NCBI GenBank assembly: GCA_019358935.1
Contig: JAHHIK010000009.1
Coordinates: forward strand, 1 to 64,000
DNA from: Tolypothrix carrinoi HA7290-LM1
GTDB lineage: Bacteria > Cyanobacteriota > Cyanobacteriia > Cyanobacteriales > Nostocaceae
Reading direction: 5' to 3'
DNA length: 64,000 nt
In this document: one piece after another, positions 12,001 to 21,512 of the stretch
Position numbering within the stretch: position 1 is the stretch's first letter
Layout of the letters: each line of letters opens with the position of its first letter
The notes under the pieces: model-generated
Database searches by the model: none
What the model was told of the DNA's origin: nothing
What the model saw: the letters and a program-made list of their open reading frames with translations, nothing else
Made by a program: the position numbers and the translations under genes

Positions 12001-15000
12001 AAATTGGCTCTGGGCTTGGCAGAACGATTGAAGACCAAAAAAGGTAGTAGCAAAGCATTAACGATATTTAGTGCCAACGTCATGCACCGGAAGGTACATT
12101 TTAGGAAAACAATACCAATTCTGGTTGATGCATATCAAAACGGAGTAGAAACCGGAGACTTTGAATTCGCTGGCTATGCTGCATCTATTGTATGTTGTCA
12201 CTCGTTTTTTGTTGGTGAGGAACTCACGCAACTGGAACAAAAAACGGCAACCTACAGCAAAGCGCTCGGTCAAATCAGACGGGAAATCTCCTCGAATTCG
12301 ATTGCAATATTGTGGCAGACAATCCTTAATCTGTTAGGTAGGTCTGAGAATCCCAGCCGTTTAATGGGTAGTGTATATGATGAAGAGCAAGCGCTATCGC
12401 ACGCTATTGCAGTTAAAGATGAAAATGGAATTCACTACTTCTATTTAAACAAAGTTATACTGTGTTATCTATTTGGGGAGTATTATCAAGCTGCACAAAT
12501 TGCTGTGTTAGAAAGGCAGTATTTTGAAGAGGTAACAGCACCTATATTCAATTTCTACGATTCTCTTGTGCTTTTGAGCCTATTGGTTGAGGCTTCAAGC
12601 TCCCAAAAAGAAGCGATGCTAAGTTGTGTAAACACCAACCAAGAAAAGATGCAAAAATGGGCAGAACACGCCCCCATGAATTATCTACATAAATTTCATC
12701 TGGTCGAGGCAGAAAAAGCGCGAGTCTTAGGGCAATTTTTTGAGGCTGAAGAGTTTTACGAACGCGCTATATCAGGTGCTTCTGAGCATGAGTTTATCCA
12801 AGAAGAAGCATTAGCTTATGAATTAGCAGCTAAACATTATCTGGCGCGAGGTCGGGAAAAATTTGCCCAAACCTACATGAAAGAAGCCCACTACTGCTAT
12901 GAACGCTGGGGCGCAAAAGCAAAGGTTAAAGATATAGAAAGTCGCTATGGGCAGTTCTTTCCTCAGTCTTCTAGGGCATACCCCACGTCAGTTCCTACCA
13001 CTTCTGGAACCACATATAATAACTCACCCATCGCTTTCGATTTGGCGGCGGTACTGAAAGCATCCCAGGCAATTTCTCGTGAAATTGAACTAGAGCAGTT
13101 GCTTCGTTCCTTAATGCAGATTTTAATCGAGAACGCTGGCGCACAAACCGGATACTTGATTCTGGAAAACGCAGGAGAATGGGCAATTGAAGCGTCAGGT
13201 GAATTAAGTTATGTAGATGGTGAGAATATTTATACTACACAATTGCTGCAATCGCTCCCAACCGCAAATCGCTTACCCGAAACAATTATTAATTGTGTTA
13301 TCCGCACTCATGAATCTGTCATTTTAAATGATGCGACTCGTGAAGGTATTTTTATCAACGATCCATACATTCAACAGCACCAAACCAAATCTATTTTCTG
13401 TTTGCCATTGCTCAATTCAGCGAAGCTAGTTGGCGTACTGTATCTCGAAAATAAATTGGCGGTTGGGGCATTTACAACCGAAAGAACGCAAGTCTTGAAT
13501 CTATTATCCACCCAGGCAGCGATCGCGATCGAAAATGCTTTCCTTTACTCAAAGCTGCGGAAGAGCGAAAGCAAGATAACTCAGTTTCTCGAAGCGGTTC
13601 CGGTCGGGATTGCGATCGTGGATGCGACTGGTCGCCCTTACTATGCCAACCAACGGGGCATTCAGCTAACGGGTAAAGGAACCGATCCCTCCGTAGCACC
13701 GGAGCAAATTTCAGCAGTTTATCAGTTTTATGAAGCGGGAACGGAGCGAATATATCCGACAGAGAAACTGCCAACTGTCCGAGCGTTAAAGGGCGATCGC
13801 ACCAGGAGTGAAGATCTAGAAATTCGGCAAAACAACACCACAATTCCAGTTGAGGCATGGGGAACGCCAGTTTATGACGAACGGGGCAATATAGCTTATG
13901 CGATCATCGCCTTTCAAGACATTACCCAGCGCAAACAAGCCGAGAAATTACTAGCCGATTACAATCGGACTTTAGAGCAACAGATTGCCCAACGAACCGC
14001 AGCGTTACAGAAAAGTGAAGCGAATTATCGCAATCTGATCCAAACTGCGAATTCAATCATCGTTCGCTGTGATATGCAAGGACGGATTCAATACTTGAAT
14101 GACTGCGGGCTGGAATTTTTTGGCTATGAGGCACACGAGATTTTAGGGCGTACCTTACTCGAAACGATCGTTCCAGAAATCGATAGCTGTGGGCGCGATC
14201 TCAAACCATTTGTCCAAAACCTGTTTCACGACCCTGAATCTTATCTGCAATCTTATCTGCAAGTCGAGAATGAAAACCTGTGTCGAGACGGCAGACGGGT
14301 TTGGGTTGCCTGGTCAAATCAGGCAATTTTGGATGAACAGGGACAGGTGGTGGAAATTCTATCCGTTGGCAATGACATCACAGGGCGCAAACAAGCCGAG
14401 GCAGCTCTACAGCGCAGTGAAGCCAAGTTTCGCAATATCTTTGAAAATTCACAGGTAGGGATCTTCCGCACGCGCCTCTCGGATGGATTAATTATCGATG
14501 CCAATCAACGCTTTGCGGATCTATTTGGCTATGATTCACCCGATGAGATGATTGGGAAGAAACAGACTACAGACTGTTATGTAAATTCCAGCGATCGCCA
14601 GCAAGCCATTGAGTTGCTGAAGCGCGATCGTGAACTGCAAAACTTTGAAGTGCAACTGCAAAAACGAGACGGTACGCTGTTTTGGGGACTTTACTCGACT
14701 CGTCTGAATGCAGCCGATGAATGCATGGAAGGAGTGATTGCAGATATTAGCGATCGCGTATCAGCAGAAGCCGCCCTACAAGCCTCAGAAGCAGAACTAC
14801 AGCTCTTATTTGCGGCAATTCCCGACTCGCTGTGTGTACTCACTGCTGAAGGGCAAATCATCAAAAAAGTAGATCCCGATCGGTTAAATCAACCAATTGA
14901 GGCTCAGATTGGTAAGACACTGCATCAGGTGTTTGAAAAAGAACAAGCTGATGAATTTATGGGTTACATTCAGCAGGTGCTGAGAACCCAACAAATACTC

Positions 15001-15741
15001 ACAGTCGAGTACAGCTTGTGGATAGCTGGACGACAAACCTGGTTTTCGGCTCGCATTGCACCGATTCGGCACGAGCGAGTAATTTGGCTGTCGCGAGATA
15101 TTACGGCTCTTAAGCAAGCAGAAGCAGCCTCGATTCTGGAAGAACGCAACCGCATGGCACGCGAAATTCACGACACACTCGCTCAGGCGTTTACAGGCAT
15201 TCTGGCTCAGGTAGGAGCTGCAAACCAGGTGCTAACGGATGATTTAGAAGCAACTGGGGCACATCTAGACCTGATCAAAGAATTGGCGCGAACTGGATTG
15301 ACTGAAGCGCGGCGATCGGTGGTAGCGCTCCGTCCTCAGCTTTTGGAGGAGGGCAGTTTACAGAGCGCTCTACATCGCCTCGTCGCTCAACACAGAACTG
15401 CCGCAATGGATACCACTTTATACTATAGAATAGAGGGTGCAGTGTATTCTCTACCCACTGAAGTCGAGAGTAACCTACTGCGGATTGGGCAGGAAGCATT
15501 AACTAATGCGACTAGACACGCCAATGCTGACGAAATTCGAGTGGAGCTAGTCTATGATCGCGATCGGTTTTGCTTGCGTGTGACAGACAATGGACAGGGC
15601 TTTGGAGTTGGGAGTATTCCATCCTCTGAGGGTTTTGGCTTATTGGGCATGAGCGAACGGGCAGAGCGCATCGGCGCACAACTGACGATTAGGAGTCAAC
15701 CTGGACAAGGAACAGAAATTATTGTCACCGTCAACCCTTGA
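9058..15741 (+). CDS. Multidomain Ser/Thr kinase - AAA ATPase - GAF - PAS repeats - HisKA_3 histidine kinase
   Basis: 2227 aa; HKDINPSN/DFG kinase, GYAGVGKT Walker A, GAF, several PAS/PAC, EERNRMAREIHDTLAQ and HATPase motifs. Confidence 0.95.
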   Translation: MIALAGIAFHCKIYSSSASVVYRGIRVQDGRAIIVKLLKQDYPSPEELIRYRQEYEITRSLKEEGVIKAYSQQDYQRTLVILLEDFGGESIERWMRQQPNFCPIPLSNFLRLAIDITDILGRIHAAGVIHKDINPSNIVLNPNTGVVKIIDFGIATRFNRTNPTFKSPHVLEGTLAYLSPEQTGRMNRMLDYRTDFYSLGVTFYELLTGQLPFPTQDILELVHCHIAKPPIPPHELNATIPKPISGIILKLMAKNAEDRYQSAWGIKADLERCAQQLAEMGQINAMPLGLQDVSEQFCIPQKLYGREAETKALLAAFDRVARKETFGEICQLKEGIENAQFNVELMLVAGYAGVGKTALVQELYKPITAKHGYFISGKFDQFRRNIPYSAIVDALQKLVQQLLGEPDEQVQQWRSRLLSALGSNGQIIIDVIPEVELIIGKQPPVPEVGATEAQNRFNRIFQNFVRVFCSKEHPLVIFLDDLQWFDSATLKLIELILLDEQTQYLFLIGAYRDSEVHPTHPLVLTLLELRNQGAVLQEITLAPLTLEPLSQLIAETLGRNIDTVRSLAQLVLRKTEGNPFFVGEFLRMLYSENLLIFNAKQLSWQWDIAQIQAQNITDNVVELLLIQLKKLPNETRRILRLAACVGAEFDLETLAIACEKSPKVISLDLLAAIHAGLIQPLSELDENLLVQDYKFLHDRVQQAAYALIDEPQKQVVHLQIGRNLLEKTSPEQRSERLFEIVDHLDRGIEFVTARVERNEIAKLNLMAGQKANTATAYEAALQYFNIGLKLLDTDSWLSEYDLTLALYSEAAAAAYLHGRFSEMEHFVEVVLNRAKTAIDKVQVYDSRIQGYLSQGNLKSALKIGSEVLKLLGIDLIENPSQVDIQRELESTAALLAEREIEDLINLPKMTAPEPRSAIYILANIVAAANMVSPALMILIVCKMVNLSLDYGNATWSPLSYASYGVILCEVVQDIELGYKFGKLALGLAERLKTKKGSSKALTIFSANVMHRKVHFRKTIPILVDAYQNGVETGDFEFAGYAASIVCCHSFFVGEELTQLEQKTATYSKALGQIRREISSNSIAILWQTILNLLGRSENPSRLMGSVYDEEQALSHAIAVKDENGIHYFYLNKVILCYLFGEYYQAAQIAVLERQYFEEVTAPIFNFYDSLVLLSLLVEASSSQKEAMLSCVNTNQEKMQKWAEHAPMNYLHKFHLVEAEKARVLGQFFEAEEFYERAISGASEHEFIQEEALAYELAAKHYLARGREKFAQTYMKEAHYCYERWGAKAKVKDIESRYGQFFPQSSRAYPTSVPTTSGTTYNNSPIAFDLAAVLKASQAISREIELEQLLRSLMQILIENAGAQTGYLILENAGEWAIEASGELSYVDGENIYTTQLLQSLPTANRLPETIINCVIRTHESVILNDATREGIFINDPYIQQHQTKSIFCLPLLNSAKLVGVLYLENKLAVGAFTTERTQVLNLLSTQAAIAIENAFLYSKLRKSESKITQFLEAVPVGIAIVDATGRPYYANQRGIQLTGKGTDPSVAPEQISAVYQFYEAGTERIYPTEKLPTVRALKGDRTRSEDLEIRQNNTTIPVEAWGTPVYDERGNIAYAIIAFQDITQRKQAEKLLADYNRTLEQQIAQRTAALQKSEANYRNLIQTANSIIVRCDMQGRIQYLNDCGLEFFGYEAHEILGRTLLETIVPEIDSCGRDLKPFVQNLFHDPESYLQSYLQVENENLCRDGRRVWVAWSNQAILDEQGQVVEILSVGNDITGRKQAEAALQRSEAKFRNIFENSQVGIFRTRLSDGLIIDANQRFADLFGYDSPDEMIGKKQTTDCYVNSSDRQQAIELLKRDRELQNFEVQLQKRDGTLFWGLYSTRLNAADECMEGVIADISDRVSAEAALQASEAELQLLFAAIPDSLCVLTAEGQIIKKVDPDRLNQPIEAQIGKTLHQVFEKEQADEFMGYIQQVLRTQQILTVEYSLWIAGRQTWFSARIAPIRHERVIWLSRDITALKQAEAASILEERNRMAREIHDTLAQAFTGILAQVGAANQVLTDDLEATGAHLDLIKELARTGLTEARRSVVALRPQLLEEGSLQSALHRLVAQHRTAAMDTTLYYRIEGAVYSLPTEVESNLLRIGQEALTNATRHANADEIRVELVYDRDRFCLRVTDNGQGFGVGSIPSSEGFGLLGMSERAERIGAQLTIRSQPGQGTEIIVTVNP

Positions 15742-15752
15742 GTAGCATCACG

Positions 15753-16382
15753 ATGAGCCAAGCCACAACAATTCGGGTTCTGATTGCAGACGATCATGCC
15801 ATTTTCCGGCAAGGATTAGCCACGATTATTAACCGTGACCCAGATATGAACGCGATCGCCCAAGCTGAAAATGGAGAACAAGCGATCGCTCTATTTGGGG
15901 AACACCAACCGGATGTAACGCTAATGGATCTGCGAATGCCTGAAGTGGACGGAGTTACCGCCATTGGTGCAATTTGTGCTACTGCTAAATCTGCTCGGAT
16001 TATTGTACTGACCACGTATGACAGTGACGAAGATATCTATCGGGGATTGCAGGCAGGCGCAAAAGGATACCTGTTGAAAGAAACTGAACCTGACGAGCTT
16101 CTAAATGCCATTCGTACCGTTCATCGGGGGCAGCAGTATATTCCGCCCGATGTGGGAGCAAAGTTGGTACAGCGCCTCAGCAACCCAGAACTGAGTGAAA
16201 GAGAACTGGCGGTACTCCGCTCACTAGCACAGGGGATGAGTAATGCCGATATTGCGGCTGCTTTGAGTATCGGTGAAGGCACTGTTAAATCTCATGTCAA
16301 TCGGATTTTGAATAAGTTAGATGTCAGCGATCGCACCCAAGCTGTGATTGTTGCGGTTAAACGCGGCATTGTTAGTTTGTAG
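15753..16382 (+). CDS. NarL/LuxR-family response regulator
   Basis: IADDH, MDLRMP receiver domain; LSEREL..TVKSHVNRIL HTH. Confidence 0.95.
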   Translation: MSQATTIRVLIADDHAIFRQGLATIINRDPDMNAIAQAENGEQAIALFGEHQPDVTLMDLRMPEVDGVTAIGAICATAKSARIIVLTTYDSDEDIYRGLQAGAKGYLLKETEPDELLNAIRTVHRGQQYIPPDVGAKLVQRLSNPELSERELAVLRSLAQGMSNADIAAALSIGEGTVKSHVNRILNKLDVSDRTQAVIVAVKRGIVSL

Positions 16383-16604
16383 GGTGTACTTTCGATCGAA
16401 TTGAGATTCTAACTTGAGTTATAACCAGCCTTCTACTTCACGATGGCATGGTTGCTCTATCAATTTGTACTGTAAAAATTTTAACTTGCTATAGACGACA
16501 GCTTGAAGGCGATCTCCTATATTGAATCTATGCAAACAGTTATGCAATCAATGAACCCATGCAAGTCAATTGCAAGGTTCCATGTTTGATGCAGATGTAA
16601 AAAA

Positions 16605-17162
16605 ATGAACGACGATCGTAGCCACAGTTCCTTACTTGTACCACCTTCAACCCAAGATTGGATGCAAGGTGTGCTAAGTGCTAAGGTCGTGCTGGTGATG
16701 TATGGAGACTATCAATGCTCTAAAAGTGCGGACGTTTACAAGCTGAGTCAAGCGATCAAACGAGAGCCAAGTGCTGTTTCTGGAGAGGATAATTTATGCT
16801 TTATCTTCCGTCATTTTCCGCAAATACAGATTCATCCTCATGCTCAACGGGCAGCCCAAGCCGCTGAAGCCGCCGCTGTCCAAGGACAGTTTTGGTCAAT
16901 GCACGATACTTTATTTGCTCATCAACAAAACTTAGAGAATGGTTATCTTGTTGAGTACGCCAATGATTTAGGGCTTGATATTCCTCAGTTTCTCAAAGAG
17001 TTGTCTAAACAAGTGCATGTCGATCGTATCAATGAAGATATCAAAGGTGGATGCAAGAGTGGAATAACGGCTGCTCCAGCCCTATTTATCAATCACATTC
17101 GATATGTCGGATGTTGGAGAATAACAGAGTTGATGGCAGCCATTGTTGCTGCAAGTCACTAA
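16605..17162 (+). CDS. DsbA/thioredoxin-fold protein (CxxC altered to CSKS)
   Basis: YGDYQCSKS, FRHFP, HPHAQRAAQAAEAA. Confidence 0.85.
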   Translation: MNDDRSHSSLLVPPSTQDWMQGVLSAKVVLVMYGDYQCSKSADVYKLSQAIKREPSAVSGEDNLCFIFRHFPQIQIHPHAQRAAQAAEAAAVQGQFWSMHDTLFAHQQNLENGYLVEYANDLGLDIPQFLKELSKQVHVDRINEDIKGGCKSGITAAPALFINHIRYVGCWRITELMAAIVAASH

Positions 17163-17242
17163 GCTCTTTTCATATCTGACTTGTTTGTTAATGCTAGTAT
17201 CCGCGATCGCCCTTACTACAAAAATCAGGAGGTTACACCAAC

Positions 17243-17842
17243 ATGGTTCAAGAGCAAACTGTAAACAAACCAGAAAATGTACAGGCAACTCCCAACCTGA
17301 CACCCGCTCAGGAAGCCTTGCAAGCACTTTGGGAAGAGCATTTACAGTACGAGTTTGGCACTCACAGTACTGAAGATGCCCTCGCTACGATGGTTGAAGA
17401 TGCTTACGTTAACCACATCCCGGTAATGACTGGGGGAGTCGGGAAACCAGCACTGCGCGAGTTTTATTCCAAATACTTCATTCCACAGATGCCGCCGGAC
17501 ATGGAGTTGACCCCAATCTCGCGCACGATCGGGACAGATCAACTCGTGGATGAAATGGTGGCTAAGTTCACTCATACTGTTTGGATGGAATGGATATTAC
17601 CCGGCGTTGCTCCCACCGGAAAACGGGTGGAAGTGCCAGCAGTAGCGATCGTCCAGTTCCGTGACGGCAAACTAGCCCACGAACACATTTACTGGGATCA
17701 GGCAAGTGTATTGGTTCAAGTCGGCTTGCTCGATCCGGGTACACTTCCCGTCGTGGGCGTTGACAGTGCGCGTAAGGCGCTCGATCCGAACTTGCCCTCA
17801 AACACACTAATTCATTGCGCCAGCGATGGCGACTCAGCATGA
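17243..17842 (+). CDS. SnoaL-like / ester cyclase family protein
   Basis: LWEEHLQYEF, YVNHIPVMTGG, HEHIYWDQASVL. Confidence 0.85.
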   Translation: MVQEQTVNKPENVQATPNLTPAQEALQALWEEHLQYEFGTHSTEDALATMVEDAYVNHIPVMTGGVGKPALREFYSKYFIPQMPPDMELTPISRTIGTDQLVDEMVAKFTHTVWMEWILPGVAPTGKRVEVPAVAIVQFRDGKLAHEHIYWDQASVLVQVGLLDPGTLPVVGVDSARKALDPNLPSNTLIHCASDGDSA

Positions 17843-18019
17843 AATACAACACCGGCATTTCTCACTAACAGATTAGTAACCTGGTAGTAGTGCCATCCTA
17901 GCTGTCTTGCGCCAATTTCTTGAAAACAACACACTGTCTATTTTGACTGCTAAGTCAAAATAGAGTTAAACATAAGCTCTATCTAGCTTTCAGTGATTGG
18001 GAGCGCAAAACTTGTGAGC

Positions 18020-18170
18020 AATGCGGGTGATAGCACTGTGCGGGAACAACGGGCGGTGCTTGAAACACATCGGCAGGAGGTTAAGGAGCGACTGTGTGAA
18101 CTCAGTTGCCATTTGGAAGCGATTGAGAAAAAAAATCAATCGCTGTAAACAAGAGGAACAAATTAAGTAC
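18020..18170 (+). pseudogene. MerR-family regulator C-terminal remnant
   Basis: GDSTVREQRAVLETHRQEVKERLCELSCHLEAIEKKI with no HTH upstream. Confidence 0.55.
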
Positions 18171-18196
18171 TCCAAGGAAATTGAAAGAAGTTAACT

Positions 18197-19003
18197 ATGA
18201 ATGTGCTAATTGTCTATGCTCATCACGAACCCAAGTCCTTTAATGGCGCACTGAAAGACATTGCTGTTGCGGTTTTGACCGAGGTAGGCCACCAAGTAAA
18301 AGTGTCGGATTTGTATGCCATGAATTTCAAAGCCATTGCCGACCGGGCTGACTTTAAGGAGATGCTAGAGCCCGACTATTTGAAGTACGGGATTGAGCAG
18401 CGACATGCTTACGAGAACGATGCGCTAGCTGACGATATCAAGGCTGAACAAGAAAAGCTGCGTTGGGCAGACTTGCTAATCCTCCAATTTCCAATTTATT
18501 GGTTCTCGGTGCCCGCCATTCTCAAGGGCTGGGTGGACCGGGTGTTCACGACGGGCTTTGCCTACAGCAAAGGTATGTCTTACGACACTGGCGGATTGAA
18601 AGGCAAGCGAGCAATGCTTTCGTTCACTACTGGCGATCCGTTCGATACCTATGCCCACAACGGTCGTCATGGTGATATAGACATAGTGCTCTGGCCAATT
18701 CAGAATGGTATTCTCCGCTTTGTCGGCTTCGATGTTCTACCTCCATTTATTGCTTGGTCTGCTGCCAGAGGGGGTCAAGAGATTCGTGAGCGCCACTTGG
18801 TTGACTATCGTGGCAGACTTCTTGCCCTAGACAGGACGGAGCCGCTATTTTTTCATTTAGCAGAGGATTACAACGAGTCGTGGCGGCTTCGACCAGGCAT
18901 TGAAGCACGTACACCGGGGCAGAGAACGATGGCCCGAGATGAGTGTGTAAGCTTACGGAATGCTCAAGTCTTGCAACTAGGAAGTTCGCTTCTTGCAGAA
19001 TAG
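18197..19003 (+). CDS. NAD(P)H-dependent quinone oxidoreductase (flavodoxin-2 family)
   Basis: AHHEPKSFN, QFPIYWFSVPAILKGWVDRV. Confidence 0.92.
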   Translation: MNVLIVYAHHEPKSFNGALKDIAVAVLTEVGHQVKVSDLYAMNFKAIADRADFKEMLEPDYLKYGIEQRHAYENDALADDIKAEQEKLRWADLLILQFPIYWFSVPAILKGWVDRVFTTGFAYSKGMSYDTGGLKGKRAMLSFTTGDPFDTYAHNGRHGDIDIVLWPIQNGILRFVGFDVLPPFIAWSAARGGQEIRERHLVDYRGRLLALDRTEPLFFHLAEDYNESWRLRPGIEARTPGQRTMARDECVSLRNAQVLQLGSSLLAE

Positions 19004-19049
19004 CAATATTCGCGCAACTCTCGATTTAGCCCAATCCCTTCAAACCTTT

Positions 19050-19262
19050 GTTCCGGCTTTTGTGTCCACGAGTACTTGTCGATCTCCAGTGTCGATCAAG
19101 AAAGCATTAATCGATGCCTCGACAGGATTAGTCAGAAAGTTTTTCTGAAGCAGGCGATCGGTTTCTGTTGGGTTCGTATTCGACAGCAGCGTATGTAGAT
19201 CCTGGGGGAGTGTGCCGTCGCTCAGGACTGTAATTGTGAAATCACCTAACTTGAATGGATAG
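19050..19262 (-). repeat. About 210-bp inverted near-identical copy of part of the MBL-fold gene (27492-27703)
   Basis: Reverse complement aligns almost base for base with 27492-27703. Confidence 0.92.
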
Positions 19263-19639
19263 TCCTAGATGTAATTTGTGCCTTGGTTTCTATTTATGGG
19301 TAGTGTTCTAGATTAGTGGTTAAGACTCCTGAAACGTTCAACATCTAAACCCTTCAGGCAAAGAGCAATAAATCTAGAACATTACCGTTCTATCTGAAGT
19401 ATATTGAGTTCTAATGCTTGACTGCTTTCAGATTCTTACGACGATTTGTCAGATTCTTCTGGTGAAGAGCAAGCCCCCCAGATTTCTCATCAGCCTAAGC
19501 CATTTTAGGAGCTAGAGACCTTGAACAAAAGAGCGTTCTAGACAATCTGGCTTGCATGACAGACTGTTTTTTTGAAGATTTTTCTATAAGCCTTGCTTCA
19601 CAGGCTTTACAAGCTATTTTAGGGAAGCGTAGTGAGAAA

Positions 19640-19744
19640 TCCGGGATTAATGAAACTGCGATCGTAGATATTCCTGAAGCTGACGATCAAGATGTAGAAG
19701 ATGCTATCCTCGCTGCCCGTCGCACTTTTGATGACGGCTATTGA
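19640..19744 (+). pseudogene. Aldehyde dehydrogenase N-terminal fragment
   Basis: IVDIPEADDQDVEDAILAARRTFDDG followed by a stop. Confidence 0.5.
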
Positions 19745-19805
19745 GCAAAAATGACCGAACATGAGCGACAGCATTAAGAAAACTATTTTTCAGGGGGAAC
19801 TATCG

Positions 19806-19949
19806 ATGAAACTTACTGACACTAAAATTCCCATAACAAATGACATCGATTTCAGCCAAAGGCAGATTACGACAAATATTAAACCCAAACAGAAAAAACT
19901 TACTGCTCATTGGTTACTTGACGAAAACTCCAAGCTTTTTAGCCAGTGA
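19806..19949 (+). CDS. Small hypothetical protein, possibly truncated by a premature TGA
   Basis: MKLTDTK...LTAHWLLDENSKLFSQ*VLED*. Confidence 0.4.
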   Translation: MKLTDTKIPITNDIDFSQRQITTNIKPKQKKLTAHWLLDENSKLFSQ

Positions 19950-20007
19950 GTTTTGGAAGATTAATTGAAAGCAAATTTCAACAATAAATACTGAGAGAAA
20001 TAGCTTT

Positions 20008-21174
20008 ATGAACATTGCAATTATTGGAGGTGGAATTGGCGGTTTGGCAACCGCGAATGCACTACTCACGAAGGGATTTAAAGTACAAGTCTACGAGCGA
20101 GCCAAAGTTTTGCGACCGATTGGTGCGGGTCTAAGCTTAACCCCAAACGGTTTGAATAGCCTCAATGCGGTTCAACCAGGGATAGCCCAGACATTAATAA
20201 AAGCAGGCAGTCCAATCCATACTCTAATCTTGAAACGCAGCACTGGAGAGACGATCGCGTCAAAGTCAATGGAAATAATGCAGAGATATGGACAGCCTAT
20301 GTTAATGATTCAGTGGTCAAAACTGCAAGCCATTCTGGCATCGGTACTACCGCCCGAAATCATTCATCTTCAGCATCGCTGTGTAGGCTTTGAGGAGCAA
20401 GACGACAGTGTTAAGGTCTATTTTCCAGATGGAAAAACAGTCCAAGCAGACTTGCTGATTGGCGCAGATGGCATTAATTCTGTTGTCAGGCAGGGAATAA
20501 TAGGAGATGGGTTTCCTAACTATGCAGGGCGAATGTCTTGGCGGGCGCTCGTTCGATATTCTCACGAGCAATTGTCTCCCAACGCAACAACTTTAATAAC
20601 GTCATCCAATGGTCAAAATTCCATGCTGATGGATGTGGGGGATGGTTATACCTTTTGGGGTACAAGTGCATTATCGGCAGACGATTATGTCAATCGACGG
20701 GCAACCGATGCTAAGACTCACGTTTTGAAGATATTTGCAGGGTGGGCAGAGCCTGTAGGGGCGATAATCGCAGCCACACCCGCAGCAGATATTGTAGAGC
20801 GCCCTATTTGCGATCGCCCGCCCTTAGATCGTTGGAGTAAGGGTAGAGTGACGCTCTTGGGAGATGCGGCTCATCCTGTCGTCCCCTCTCTAGGACAAGG
20901 TGCAAATATGGCGTTTGAGGACGCTTACGAACTAGCGGAGTGTCTTGCCGTCGCTCCGAATATAGAGGCGGCACTTAATGCTTATGAAAACAGTCGCATT
21001 CCTCGTACAGCAATTATTTACGATCACAGTGCTACTCAGGGTTATAAAGCTTATCAACCCGATAGTGAAAACACATTCACTGAAATGATGAAACCATCTT
21101 TTAGGAGTCAGGATGACTTTGAAGCATGGCTTTATCGCTATAATCCAATCGCTCAAAAGCGAAAAGTTTATTAA
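20008..21174 (+). CDS. FAD-dependent monooxygenase
   Basis: GGGIGG, GADG, GDAAH..P..GQGAN motifs. Confidence 0.93.
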   Translation: MNIAIIGGGIGGLATANALLTKGFKVQVYERAKVLRPIGAGLSLTPNGLNSLNAVQPGIAQTLIKAGSPIHTLILKRSTGETIASKSMEIMQRYGQPMLMIQWSKLQAILASVLPPEIIHLQHRCVGFEEQDDSVKVYFPDGKTVQADLLIGADGINSVVRQGIIGDGFPNYAGRMSWRALVRYSHEQLSPNATTLITSSNGQNSMLMDVGDGYTFWGTSALSADDYVNRRATDAKTHVLKIFAGWAEPVGAIIAATPAADIVERPICDRPPLDRWSKGRVTLLGDAAHPVVPSLGQGANMAFEDAYELAECLAVAPNIEAALNAYENSRIPRTAIIYDHSATQGYKAYQPDSENTFTEMMKPSFRSQDDFEAWLYRYNPIAQKRKVY

Positions 21175-21512
21175 GCGTCTTTAATATTAGATTAAGGAGA
21201 ACTAACAATGAGCGATCGCATTTCTGCCGAGATCGGCGACGAGATTTCGGGGGCCACCTGGAATTTTGCCTACTGATACGACAACTTAGCAAAACTATTG
21301 TGGTCAGTAGATCTACATTGCGATCGCAGACATTGCACTACAAGTAGGTTTTTCTAGCCAAAGTCATTTAACACAACAGTTAAAACGATTTACAGGAATG
21401 ACACCAAAGCAGGTTCGCTCTTTATCAACAAAATACCATAAGAATTTGAAAGCAGTTGAGCATTAAAACTCAGTACACCTTGAAATGTCAGTTTAAAGGC
21501 TCTGGAGTAAGT

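Noticed and set aside
10051..15499. Many short ORFs overlapping the large kinase, and similar shadow ORFs over other genes
   Set aside because: Antisense or out-of-frame to well-supported CDSs, with no recognisable motifs.
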